This document shows positions 36,349-49,387 of a stretch of 64,000 nucleotides of DNA, piece after piece. The stretch is taken from NCBI GenBank assembly GCA_964188305.1, contig OZ076892.1; one strand, 5' to 3'. The notes beneath the pieces were generated by a model, which saw nothing but the letters and a program-made list of their open reading frames with translations, was not told the origin of the DNA and made no database searches. The position numbers and the translations under genes were made by a program. The stretch's first letter is position 1, and each line of letters starts with the position of its first letter. Origin of the DNA: Podarcis bocagei (lineage: Eukaryota).

Positions 36349-39300
36349 TTAGTTTCCTCATATTTCAGAAGTGAATATTGAGCATAAGCTAAAGTGATAA
36401 GAACCATGGTCAAAAAGAGAGAACTAGATTAGAATATTGAATATGGTATGAGGTTTGTCCATTGACTTAATACTAAATAAAACTGGAGAGCGCTGAGTAG
36501 TTTTTAAACAAGCACATATTTTATGCTAGTACAAACCTGTGGCTCTTACTTGCACAGAATGTAGTAGTAGTCTCTAGTAATACTGAGTTAAAAAAATATT
36601 AAACCCATTCATGGAAGATCAGAGTATCTACAGTAAAACTGTTAATGGCTGGAGGAGAACAACGGGAAGAGACTCTGTTAGTATCCTGGGTCATTAAAAC
36701 ATATTGTGACATCCAAATCTAGTCACTGTTGGAAACAGGATACTTGGCTGGCTGGACCTTTAGTATGACCCTGAATAGCTCCTCTTGTCTACTCAAGGCC
36801 TCTTCACTGAGACAGGATCTTTCACACCCAAACATGACTAGTAGGTTAATCCATGTCACCCATATTACTGCCAGCAGTCTGCTGCATAGTATTCCCGCTG
36901 CCACAGTCTTAGTTCTGTGCACTTGATTTGTGAGATTTCCATGTATGTAATTCAGTGAGAAATCTAGCAGTAATTCTAGGCTTAAGTATTTTCACTTGCA
37001 CTGTGTTTGCTGCTGTATGATATCCTCATGACCAATAATACAGTGTTTATCTTGAAAATATTATTATGCTCTGAACTCACTTCGGTCTGTGATGATAATA
37101 TTCCCCTGCAATGTTTGTGACAGTGCCCTGAATCATCTCTATATACCCTACCTTTTACTCAGAAGTATGGCTCATAGACTTACGGAAACTTGTTCCAAGT
37201 AAGTGTTCTTATGATTTCAACATAAGCTTCTATCTTCAGCACTCTTGGAGGCACATTCCATTAAAGTCCGTGAGACATACTTTTCAGTGGAGTCTTGTTT
37301 TCCTCACTTTAATCCTTCCACATTGGTCTTCTCTGGCCTCGCTTGATATGTGTTGAATTTTATAAACAGGTTTTCTTTTGCTCTTCCTTTCCTCCCTGAG
37401 ATGTTACTCAGGGCCCATCTAATTTCACAACAGTAGCAGTTAACTTTTTGCCCAATAGAAATATGAGCCCGTTACATGCTTGAATCCCATGGCTTTAGAA
37501 TGAAGTTCAGCAGAAGGGATTCCTAATCATTCTGGCCACATTTTGACTGGGAATATAACTAAGCTTTATGAGGCTTGCATGTGATGAAGGTAAGACCATT
37601 ACTAAGTTGCAATGAGGAAAAGAGCTCTCAAGGAGCATGGAATAGATTCCACCTCAAAGAAAGATGCCATTTTGCCAAACAAGATGTTTTTCAGTGCTCA
37701 GTGTTTAAGTTGACAGTAGTCTGAAAGTTCCCAGGGTTATAATGAACTCTGTGGCATTCTGATGTAAATCATAGATAGATGTTTTTCTTCAATCAGGGAA
37801 AGGCCTGTGGCCCTTCAGATTTTGTTGGACTACAGCTACCAACATCCATGACCAATGGCCATGCTGGCTGGGATTGATGAGTGTTCAGTGTCCAAAACAT
37901 TTGGGGTGCTGCAGGTTCCCCACCCCTGTTCTAAGGACAAACAAGTAGCTGGCATTCTTCCATATTGGATCATATGACATTAGAATTTTCTGTAAAGGTT
38001 TTGTTTGCTGCCTTAAGTTTTTGAGCATTACTGAAGGCTGTAATTTAGACTGGGTTTGCATGATCTTTTTTCTTTATTTCCACACCTCCAGTAGCTTGAG
38101 TTGAGTCTCTAGGCCCAGTGGGTTAGAAAGAAATGCAGTCCTGCATTTTTTTTACCCTTGTCCTTTTTAAGGAATCCGTGAAATGTCCAAAACCTCTGAT
38201 CTGGTAGAACTGTGGCAGTGAACCTCTGTTGAGGATACCTGGTGTCCTGTGGCTGGCAAAAGAAAAGGCAGGCACAGCTAGGGAATTGCAGCCAGGCCAG
38301 GCAGCCTTTTATGTTAGCCTTGCCAGTTACACCGAAGGATGGAGACAGATAGGAAATTCAATTCAAGCACCCCATGGGATTCTGAACTGGGGGAGATTTT
38401 TGCACCCAGCTGGCTCTGAGATTCACTGAACAGGAGAGATCACGACTGCCGTGAGTGGCTGTGGCATCGTGCCAACACCATGAGCCCTGTTGTTGCTGGG
38501 TCTCCCTTTGCAGGTTATTTCTAGCCCCTGTTCCTGGAAGGAGAGCCAGTTCTTTACCGAGGTATTTTTGGAGACTCTCGCCTTCTCCTCTTTCTTGCTT
38601 TGTTTGGGCATAATCAGCCCATTGCATCCCGGAGAACCTAGCAACACCGCCTGGCTTCCCATTGGTTCCCTGGCAGCTCCGCTTCTCCAATGAGAAGCTT
38701 GTTGCCATGGCAGAGGCACCACTGCACAGAAGCGAGTGAAGAGGCGGGGATTGAATTTGCTGCCTGGTGGAAATCTGCAGGGCAGAACAGGGACCAAGCA
38801 GAGGGTTAATGTGTAGCCTGTGGCCTGGAAGCGGAGTGCAGGCTTGGCCCTGTGCCAGTGACGTACAATGCCAGGGAGGGCTAACGGAATGAAACTCCCC
38901 TAGGTAGCCCTACATGTTTGGAAATGCAGCTTCTTGGCTAATTTCTCCTCTGCTGCAAAGAGAGCAAGTAACATGTTTCCTCTTCTCAACCCCTCCCCAG
39001 TCTGCCCCCCCCCCCCCGCCGCACAGCAAGAAACTGCTTTGGCAAGGGACACACACAGTCTCAAAAAGCTTGTTGTGCATTCTCCTTGTGTAGGGACTGG
39101 GCGGCTGTTGCTGTACAGTTCCATCAGAAGCCATTGCAGTGGTAGAGCTGATAGTGCTGACATGTTCAGAAATCATAGGGCCGCCCCATGAATGTCTGAA
39201 AGTACGTTAGGGTTCTTTTCGTTTCAGCAGTTAGTGTACATTGTAATGGTTTAGCCCCCTTATTTCCTTAGGCAACTATTTTGTGCTGCTGCTATTAATG

Positions 39301-42300
39301 TTTATAAATTGATCTCCAATCTGGTAATCTGCTTTATGGTTCTTGGTTGTTGGAAGGAATTGCCTTGTTGCAGTAATTTGGCTGTGGCAGATTCCAAAAA
39401 CTGCACCCATAAACTCTTATCCCCCTCCTTTCCCTTAGGAGGCCTAATTAGAAAACCTAGCTCTAGCACACATTAGGGCTAGTAAACCTCAGATTACTTG
39501 ATAGGAGACCCTCCCTTTCAGTCTGCATGCCACTGAGCTGCTTATATCCCCCTTCTGAAATTGTTGCAGAAGGTCAAGCATTTTGTTTGCATTTTTTTAT
39601 TACATTGCACCTATTGAACTGTATTCACTATGCAGTTCACAACATACTAAACTCAATAATACCATGCAAGTTTACCAGTAAGCATCTTAATGGTACAAAG
39701 CATATTAAAAATTGTGGCTATAAAATATTAGCACCAGCGGAAGCATAGCATAGTCATAGATGTTTATCATCACCTGCCAGTGTGCTCTGATCATAGAGGA
39801 ATAGGGTGGACATGAGACAGGACACAGGCCAGGGCTGCTTTGATGGGTGCCCATGCTATAGCAACAGGACGCAGGAGCTTAAACAGAAATCAGCCAATGG
39901 GCAAACTAGAATTCTCCAACTGGAACTGTTTGTTCATGAGGGAGCCATCTGGGGAACTTGGGCGAAGACATTTCCTTCTGTCTCCAGAGAGAAGAAATGG
40001 TGGCATCTTCTTTCCTCCTGAAGAGATATAACCTCTTCTCATCCCAGGAGTTGATTTCATAAGGAAAATAGAATATGCCACAAAAATGACTCTTTAAAAG
40101 TTTAATTGGGAGAGCAGTGGTCCTCCACCAGGCTTTTTTGTCTTTCTCTGCAGCTGTGGGTCACTTGCGTGAGACATTTTGAGGTCTTAGCTCTCCTGAT
40201 CTGCTTCTGCAGTGCACCAAGAGTTAATGAAGGGGTCTGTCACATTGAAGGTCTAGAGAGCAAACAAGAGCTTTCAGGACTGATAGTATTTCAAGCTATG
40301 ACCATTCTGACTGGGTGCCTGAAATATAGCATGTAACTGGGAATTCTTTATGCCTTCCTCATAAAGCTTCAAATTTCTAGTCAAGAGCCCAACAGTGCTA
40401 CCTCTAATTGTGTTGTGATGCAGGACTTTCATCACAAGATGTTGTATGTAGAATGTTTCTGAGATACCACCAAGGCTTTTGCTGCAGCTTTTAAAGCTAT
40501 AGAACAAATGCCACCCCCAGAGACCCTGTCCTCCTAGAGACCAAGCATTGGAGATATCCCCTCCATGGTTGCAGCCAGTGGATGTTTGTAGCTTGCAAAC
40601 ACTTTCCCCAGATCAAGTAAGGAAATTTAGCAAATACACTACTTCAGCATAGATATGGACAGCACACTTGTGCAAGTTGGTGAGGAAAACATAGTTTCTT
40701 CCCAAGCAGAATTTTGAAGGGCTCACCAGGTCCTGAAGGCACCAGAACCTGAACAGATGGTCAGAAAAGTACAATAAAGTTGAGGTAAAGCTGAAAACGA
40801 GAAGTCTGTCTCTTTATTTACACCTCTCAAACTATTCTGACCTTCTATGCTGCAGTATAATGAATGGGAGAACAGTGCCTCAACAATTGGGGGAGCATGA
40901 TTTTTGAGAAATGCTTTGAAGCATTGAATAACTTTTGGTTTATTGGGGGCAAGTAAATTTATGCCAGCAGGGGACAGTGGAAACTTGACTTATATCAGGA
41001 GTTAATAGTAAGAACATATGAATTGAAGAAGAACCTGTTGGATCATAACAAAGGTCCATCTGGTCCAGCTTCTTGTTCTCACAGCGATGAGCCAGATGAC
41101 TATGGGAAATCCACAAGCAGGACATGAGGGCAGTAGCCCTCTCTTTACTTATGATTCCAAGTAGCTAGTATTCAGAGGCATGCTGCCTCCAACAGTATGT
41201 GTTATTTGAATACTGTGTACCTTACAGGTACTAGAATTCAAAAACTATTTTGATATGCTGTAGAGAATTCAGAGGAGAGGTAAGAACTAGTTATATGAGG
41301 AAAAGGTCAAGAAATTGGGGTGCATATTATAGGTGGGGAAAGTCACAGGACATTCTTCATCTTCAAACAGAAGATTTCAGAAAGGGGGCTCACTGTTTGC
41401 TTTCTTTCCTTAAGTTCTTAAGGTTGGGATGAAAAGCCCATTTTTTATGTTTAGCAGGGTGAATATCCCAAGTATAAGAGCAATTCATACTGAAATAATC
41501 TTCCTCAGGAATTTTTGAACCATCTCTGTTGGAAGTTTATGAAAGGGCGGTGTGTGCACCAGCCTAGGATACTTGAGGTATAGGGCATCTTTCCAAAGCC
41601 AGGAGATCAAACTAGAGGTCTCAAGTTCAGATTCCAAGTCTAGATTCTGGGGTTTTGCTATTATGACCAGAACTGTGTTTGAACTGACCTCTTCCCCACC
41701 GTGCACATTTGTCTAAGTTGAATTAATGGCATTGCTGAAAGTGCTCATGTGCACATTCTTTCTCTTTGATTCATGCACATCATTTCTCTGATAACAAAAT
41801 ATGAAGGTGGGTGCATGTTTATCAGCTATTAGTGGGTGCTGCTGTAAAAAAATCACTCTGCTTTTAAGGCCCCAGCCTATGCTCCTTAGAAGAAAGGCCT
41901 TTCCCTGTGAACACATCCCATAGGAATGGTATTGGGGCTGGACCGAAAGCAGGATAAAGGCAGCTTAATTAGGGACGGGGAATTAGGAAAAAGCATGTGA
42001 TTCTAGGAAGAACTGATTTGACCTCCAGCTCTGCCTTTCTCCTCCTGTATTTTACAGGTTTTACTCAGTTTTGTCTCTTTTTAAGAAGATGGACCTGTCT
42101 CTGAACTGCAGGATCATATGCTTCTGTATTCATTTTTGGTGGACTTGTCTGCACCTACATACTTTTCAGTTGTTTCATCAACGCTGTTCACAACAGTATC
42201 TCCTTCAGTATAAACCATCTTGATCAGAGATCTGGTGGTATGGTGGAGCCATTTCACGAAGTGGGGTCTGCTTTTGGAGCCAGAAAGTATTAACATGGAT

Positions 42301-43124
42301 GTAAGATTGTGACTGAGAATTTTGCTTCCCCAGTGTTGTGGCCCAACAAGTTAGGATTCGGATGTTGGCCAGACACAGCTTCAACACCCTACATATAAAG
42401 GATCATGCACATTCTTCCGATGTCATGTCACGTAGAAGTCATTGAGTCTAGTTAGGTCAGCATAAAAGGCTGTGACTGTTACGTGCCATGGAGACCATTT
42501 CTCTGTGAGTGCTTCATATAAAGTGTTTGGACAGCACTTCCAACAGACTGGCAGGCATCAACTCCTAGAACTGAATGAGTTGAATCTCTGCCTGACGGTT
42601 CATGAGCTGAGGAACGGCAAAGCTGTTTTGAGATACAAAGATACAAGACCTGAGGTGCTCACTGCCCTGAATAGCCAGTTGCTGGATAATATTCAGTATG
42701 CTTTATTGCCTTTCTCCTGTGTAGAATGATCACTTAGTGCCCAGTATTCTTGGTCATAAACCCAGTCAACACCTCTGGGTTTTGTTCAACCATCAGACAG
42801 CTATTCTTTCTCCTGTTGGTCAAAGAACAGTTGATACTGGAACCTATTTGGTATTTTACACCAAATAATTTAAGCCTTGATACCTGTGAGTTGAATAGTA
42901 CAGCTGCATGGAGGTGTATAAGGATGTCTAGTACAGACATGAGAGATCAGTGTGGGGCAGAAGGAAAAAAATCCCTGTCTGTGGGGACTGGTGATTTAGA
43001 TTGTGGCTCTGGTTGCTGAAGAGTACAAGGTTTCTAGGATTTTTCAGGATTATTATGTTAAACATCATCTGCACTGTAGGCTTCCCAGGCACATCAGAAT
43101 AAATGCTATAGTCAGTGTTATGAA

Positions 43125-43268
43125 CAGTGCTTTTTTCTGGAGGGGACGCAGGGGGATGCATACCCCTAAACATTTGGTTAATCTAAGTTTGGCCTCATTG
43201 AGAGGCAGTATTTCAATATGAGTAGGAAAATGAGTACCCCTAAACTTTTTTTTAGAAAAAAAGCACTG
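43125..43268. mobile_element. hAT-type MITE
   Basis: TIR CAGTGCTTTTTTTCT / AGAAAAAAAGCACTG; perfect 8-bp TSD GTTATGAA. Confidence 0.85.
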
Positions 43269-44104
43269 GTTATGAAGACCAGGAAGTTTAACCCTGAGAA
43301 TTATTGCCCCATGATTGGTAGTTCTTATAACTCCTGTACAGTGCCCTTTTTTAAATGAAGAGTTGCTTGCTCAAGCTTCATAGCTACATATTTACTACTA
43401 AGGGAAAGTAGCAGGGAATAGGAATGTATAAATTTCCATTTCTGTATTCCCACTGGCCAGCCTACTTTAGGATAAAAGTGGTTGATTTGGATTTCCCTTC
43501 TTCCTAAAAATAAATAAATAAATAAATAAAAATCATATTAGTTAACTAATATGGTTAACTAGTTAACTAGTTTTGCTTTCTCAGGATTAGATCTGGGCAG
43601 TAGTCTTACCAGTGTGGCTTGGTTCCCATGAGGAAGTCTCAGTCTTATGTAGTCCTCTCTCCCTTTGCATGCTCTGATTCCCTCCATTTCACAACACAGT
43701 TTGATCACTATTTGCAATTCTAGCTTGGGAGAGCAAGCACAAATCATAGTTTACCAGTTTGTGTGTAACAGCAAAGTATGGCAAAAAGATGATGTTCAGG
43801 AGGTGCAAATTTGGAGTGAGTATGCAAGGTAGAAGCTTACTTGTATCTGAACCAGTCTTGTGTGAGCTAAGCTGAATACTGGCCAGACATGACCAAATGG
43901 GGGCTCGAGACAGAAGCAACAGTGGAAAGTAATCAAAATGCAAGGTCAATTTGCATAGAAAAGTAAAAGAGCTTGCAGAACAGAATACAATTGATTTGTG
44001 TTATGCTAACTGGCAGTTTCACTAGAAGTCTATGCTAGAATAAACCTACTATTTTAAATATTCAGACAATAATAAATTAGGATTATTTTTACCTGTTTTC
44101 TTTA

Positions 44105-44935
44105 TTTTATAATAATATAATAATAATAATTTATTATTTGTACCCCGCCCATCTGGCTGGGTTTCCCCAGCCACTCTGGGCGGCTTCCACAGAGACCAAA
44201 AATACAGTAAAATATCACATTAAAAGCTTCCCTGAACAGGGCTGCCTTAAGATGTCTTCTGAATGTCAGTTTATCGCTTTGACATGTAATGGGAGGGCGT
44301 TCCACAGGGCGGGTGCCACTACCGAGAAGGCCCTCTGCCTGGTTCCCCGTAGCTTTGCTTCTTGCAGTGAGGGAACTGCCAGAAGGCCCTCGGCGCTGGC
44401 TCTCAGCGTCCGGGCAGAATGATGGGGGTGGAGACGCTCCTTCAGGTATACTGGACCGAGGCAGTTTAGGGCTTTAAAGGTCAACACCATCAATTTGAAT
44501 TGTGCTCGGAAACGTACTGGGAGCCAATGTAGGTCTTTCAAGACCGGTGTTATGTGGTCTCGGCGGCCGCCCCCAGTCACTAGTCTAGCTGCCGCATTCT
44601 GGATTAGTTGTAGTTTCCGGGTCACCTTCAAAGGTAGCCCCACGTAGAGTGCATTGCAGTAGTCCAAGCGGGAGATAACTAGAGCATGCACCACTCTGGT
44701 GAGACAGTCCGCGGGCAGGTAGGGTCTCAGCCCGCGTACCAGGTGGAGTTGGTAGACAGCTGCCCTGGATACAGAATTGACCTGCGCCTCCATGGACAGC
44801 TGTGAGTCCAAAATGACTACCAGGCTGCGCACCTGGTCCTTCAGGGGTACAGTTACCCCATTCAGGACCAGGGAGTCCTCCACACCAGCCTGCCCCCTGT
44901 CCCCCAAAAACAGTACTTCTGGCTTGTCAGGATTT
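44105..44935 (-). mobile_element. L2-clade LINE 3' end, 5'-truncated and relatively young
   Basis: Open frame LDSQLSMEAQVNSVSRAAVYQLHLVRGLRPYL...SRLDYCNALYVGLP...LQLIQNAAARLV...LHWLPVRFRAQFK; tandem TAA/TTA tail at ~44108-44137. Confidence 0.88.
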
Positions 44936-45394
44936 TTGTCTATTTTATTCTTATTTGCTTTAAATAGTTGACTTTTTTCAATGCTAGGCAATTAAATTCT
45001 TCAGGTCGATGGGCTGGGATGCTCTGCTTGTAGTCCTACCAGGATTTGGAGACACGTAGAAGGGCCTCCTCTATGGCAGGAGGATCTCTGGTTCTGGAAT
45101 GATTCCTCCTTAGAAGTGGGCCTGTCTTCAACATTACTGGATTTCTGATGCCAATGGAAAACATTTAATGATTTGCTACTAAAAAACACAAAACAAATAT
45201 TTTAGATATTGTGATTTAGATTGTAATTTTTTGCAAATCATAACATAGCTGCCTTGAATATGATTTAACTAGAGAAAGTAGGCAAACAAATAAATGATGT
45301 TAACAATATACAATATTCACAATAGTATTTCTCCAATAATTCTGTACATTACAGTCATACATTTAATTTTTATATCAGTTAAGTATTCATTTTA

Positions 45395-47225
45395 TTTTAT
45401 TTTTTTAAAAATTTTTATTTGGTTTTCTGCTTTTATAAAAACAAAACACACACAAAGAAAAAACACAAAACAAAAACATGTATAAAATCAGCAAATCCCC
45501 ATTTCATAACCTTGTTCCCTGACTTCCCCCCACCCCCCCTCGTGCATCCCAGTTCCCAAGATTATATCAGCAAGTTGGTGTTTCTCCTCTTAACCATCTT
45601 ATTCATCTTATTACCTCTTTTATAATAAAAATTGATTTTCCTAAGTTGGACTTAAGTTCTCTTCCATCGATTTTCATTTTGTCTTAATTAAGAGTCATAT
45701 TAACCAAACCTAAAAGTCTTAAGAGTTTTTAAGAATCTCCTCTTCCCTCCCTCCCATCCCCGGTTTTTGTCCCTTCCCAATAGAAATCTAAATTCGAGAT
45801 TCTCAGCCTGGGTTCCTCACGTCCGAGGCTTTCAAGTCTATTTCAGTCCCTCTCCGCCTGTCTTGTTGGTAGTCCTTTATGTCAGTCGTCGAGTCTGGAA
45901 AGAGTTCTTTCACCATCAAAGTGTATTCTCTTCCCACAAGGAGATTTGAAAGTAACTGCTGAAAAGTTTCCACAAAGCCTGTATCTTCAGAATCAAAGTC
46001 CAAACTGAGGCCCCAGTCATATTTCTTTATTTTAAGTTCCTGTATTCCATATTGTCCCGGGACCTCCTCCTTCTTCTTCTGTGTCTTTCGCAGACTTGTG
46101 GTAGATAAGTTCCCAGCATCTCCTTGCTTGTGTTCCACAGATGTCAGCTTTTGGTTGTTACTTCCCAAGGTTACTTCTTCTTTTTCTTGTTGTTTAGTCT
46201 CTTCCACCTCTGTAGATATTGTTTCCCATTCAGCTGTGGATTCTTTCTCATTCAGGTCCTCAATACAGAGAGCAGAGTTGCCTGTTCCCAAGGTCATAGT
46301 CACAAGTTGTTTGTTCATGGCCAAGCTCTGCTCTTGTAAGGTTCCCACCAGTTGAAACATCCTTTCGATTTCCACTAGTAACTTTCCTTCCACAGCCATT
46401 GTATCTATTGTAGTTACACAGAATTCCCCCTAGAGGGAATCTGGTTACTTATTAGTCTTTTCTCCAACAGTCCTTTAACAAATTATTATTACTTTGTTTC
46501 CAACAATTTTGGCTCAATTATAACTCGTCTTAGTCCAGAGGGATCTTAGATAGCGATTTTTCCACTTTAAACCGCCCGTTTGACAGCTTTGACAGCTGTC
46601 AAACTCCGCAGCTCTTACACAGGCACAAAGGCAGGACTTTCCCGAGCCCGGGAGGGGGGGTTGTTCAAAACAAAAAGAAGGTTTCCAAAACTCCACTCTC
46701 CAGCCCAAAATTTCCTTTAGCCAAATCTTGAAAGTTAATGTCCTTTTTAACTCACCCCACCAAGGGTAGGCTCTCCAGCTTAGCTCTTATGTCGTTGCGT
46801 AGATCGTCTGCAAGGGGGGGTGCGGACTTCCTTTTAGCACACCCCCCGGTCGTCTCCAATTCAGGGTAAATTTTTTAAAGTCCCAATCCGTCTTACTCAC
46901 GGGTGATTCTTTCAGTCCAAATTTTCAAGGAAGGAAGTCAGCGCTCTCTGGTCATGGCTCGCGGCTTCGCTCCACCGAGGTAGCGATCGACTCTCAGTGC
47001 CACGCCACCCCCGTATCCTCTCCGCAGCCTTTAAAAAGGCTCTTCGTGGATCAGGGGGGGGCGCTTAAGGCACCCGCCGAGTCTTCAGTCCGCAGGCATC
47101 CGCGCCTGCGGTTTTTAAGGGTCCCCGTGTCGCCGGCGCGGCAAAGACCCGTCCTCGGTAGAGCCGATTCCCTCCGCAGCTCGGAGGGAATCCGCCATTT
47201 CCAGATCGCGTCAACCCGGAAGTCC
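45395..47225 (-). mobile_element. Full-length non-autonomous L1-like (HAL1-like) retroelement, copy 2
   Basis: 15-bp TSD TAAGTATTCATTTTA (45380-45394, 47226-47240); A-rich tail on the minus strand; 5'UTR homologous to 7431 onward. Confidence 0.8.
45803..46399 (-). CDS. 198-aa ORF of the HAL1-like element (ORF1-like, possible coiled coil)
   Basis: ATG in good context (acaATGg), E/K/Q-rich; start and end motifs (..GK.L...LQ; D.R.PG*) recognisable in decayed form in copy 1. Confidence 0.5.
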   Translation of the reverse strand: MAVEGKLLVEIERMFQLVGTLQEQSLAMNKQLVTMTLGTGNSALCIEDLNEKESTAEWETISTEVEETKQQEKEEVTLGSNNQKLTSVEHKQGDAGNLSTTSLRKTQKKKEEVPGQYGIQELKIKKYDWGLSLDFDSEDTGFVETFQQLLSNLLVGREYTLMVKELFPDSTTDIKDYQQDRRRGTEIDLKASDVRNPG

Positions 47226-47607
47226 TAAGTATTCATTTTAAATTAACCATTCAAATTTCAGTTTTACATTTTACAACAATAAATAGCTCCTTCCGAAGAC
47301 TATTTATCCAGATCAAGTAAACTTCCTAAAAAATTACATTCTTTTAAAAAATTATCAAAATAGTTCATTTTGCAAGCTCCTTCTCTATTTTCTCTTTGTT
47401 CCAATAAGTTAGCTTTGCCATTAATCATTTTTCCAACAGTTCTTTTACCAGTTGTTGAGGTTCTTCCTTTTCCAGGTCTGTGCAATTAAGATTTTAGTTG
47501 CCATTAATAGATAGTGAATTAACTCTTTCTACTTTCTATTCAGTATCCTTTAAAGGTCAATTAAAAATGCTTTCATGTTTGCAATTAATTTTTTTTTATT
47601 TATATAT

Positions 47608-47941
47608 CTGTGCTTAAACCACAGAGCCTTGGACTTGCCGATCAGAAGGTCGAGGTTCGAATCCCCGTGATGGGGTGAGCTCCCGTTGCTCAGTCCCTGC
47701 TCCTACCAACCTAGCAGTTCAAAAGCACGTCAAAGTGCAAGTAGATAAATAGGTACCTCTCCGGCGGGAAGGTAAATGGCGTTTCCATGCACTGCTCTGG
47801 TTCGCCAGAAGCGGCTTAGTCATGCTAGCCACATGACCTGTAAGCTGTATATCGGCTCCCTCGGCCAATAAAGTGAGATGAGCGCCACAACCCCAGAGTC
47901 GGCCACGACTGGACCTAATGGTCAGGGGTCCCTTTACCTTT
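47608..47941 (+). mobile_element. Sauria SINE
   Basis: Same sequence as the other copies. Confidence 0.85.
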
Positions 47942-49260
47942 GCTGTATGGTGCTCTTATGTTTGAAATACATTGTCCAGAGTCCTTCCCTGGGTGGTTTA
48001 TAAATTAATAAATGTATTTATGGCCCTCATTCCCCAGCCACACTCTATTCCAAAAAAATGTATAAACTGTGTACCAGACCTAAGGTTCTTATGAACATTG
48101 CTGTTTGGGCTGAGTAATAAAATGTGTAGCAACTCTTAAAAGTTTTGATGTGAAGAAATCCTCAAAATAGTACCTCCTGATATTGGATTCATGCTCTGGC
48201 TGCCATCTTCTTGCATAACACTTCCACTTTTGCATGTGGTGGATGTGGATTTTCATGGTGATGGGAGCAGCGTGAGCTAAAAGGAGCCAAAAGGATGATG
48301 GTTTGATGGTGCTGGAATCAAAAGTTTGGTTATAGAAGTATCAGTGCAATGGACAATGGCTTTCTCTGATTTGAAAAGACACCAGAGTTTCAGTCAAAGA
48401 TTGAATATTGCCTCATTTGGATTTTTAATGAGACTGATTGTTGGGAAACGGGGAGATCCATTGTAAAATACTATATTTGCCTGTCAGAAAGCATGATTGA
48501 TATTTTAGTCAGGAAAGCCGTTAGCCGTCCCACCCACCCCGCAAAACAAACACACACCTCTCAGAGTGAATGTCTGAAACTATTATTCCAGTGGTGGTTG
48601 GCCAAGATGCTAGTTACTAGGAGAATGGGGTCTGGAAATTTATGCTAACATCACCACCACCCTGCAAAAACCCTCACAAAATGATTACATGTTCATAAAT
48701 ATACTGAAACTGCATTTTTTTATATTACTATTTTTTTCTGCAAAAATGGTGATAACATGCAGTCAGTTTAGACTCCTGTCCCACACTCCTCTTGACTCTA
48801 AAGATTTAGCAGAAACAGCTTGTTCAGTGACCATTCAGGTTTTTAGAAACCAGCACCAATGAGTTAATTCCTTTGGGAAAGTTCAAAGAGGCAAACAGTG
48901 GCCTGGAGGTAACATTTTAGAAAAGAGGAGTTTGGAATTGGCACGTTTCAGCCCCTCTCCTTAGTGGTTTCTCTGGCCTGCGTTTGGAAATCTTTTGTCA
49001 GCTGTTCCTCTGATCAGTTTCCACTTGGCCATGGCATGTAACCAGCTGTTTGCTTTGATCCAGCCAAGAGAGCATTCCACGCCCGCTGACCTTCCATAGC
49101 CTCTGCAATGACAGCTGTGTAGCACTGCTTTCTGCTTAGTGGCTTTAAGACTCTCTCTCGGGAGCACAACCTGGGCGAGCAACAGCCAAAAAGTGGACTT
49201 CAGCGAACAGCTTTCCATGGTGTGGACTTGAGTAGATGGTGTGGTTAGATAGCTTTTCCC

Positions 49261-49387
49261 ATGGTGATCCCCTCCAGCACTGAGACCCATCTCAATACGA
49301 TGCTGCTGACATTGCAATCACATTGGGCCCGACAGGAGCCTTCCTGCTTTCTGCCCTCAGCCTGCTACAACAGGAAAATGGTCACAG
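49261..49387 (+). CDS. DYRK1B: Putative alternative coding first exon (1B) of DYRK1B
   Basis: MVIPSSTETHLNTMLLTLQSHWARQEPSCFLPSACYNRKMVT-G|gtaggg ends in phase 1, matching the open phase-1 start of the exon at 58578. Confidence 0.6.

Noticed and set aside
38868-38903. ATG-containing coding exon for DYRK1B
   Set aside because: The ATG frame ends in TAG at the donor, and the phase-1 frame has a TAA at 38882, so it cannot be coding.
44266-44991. 241-aa ORF as a host gene
   Set aside because: It is the C-terminus of an L2 LINE ORF2 with the element's tail attached.
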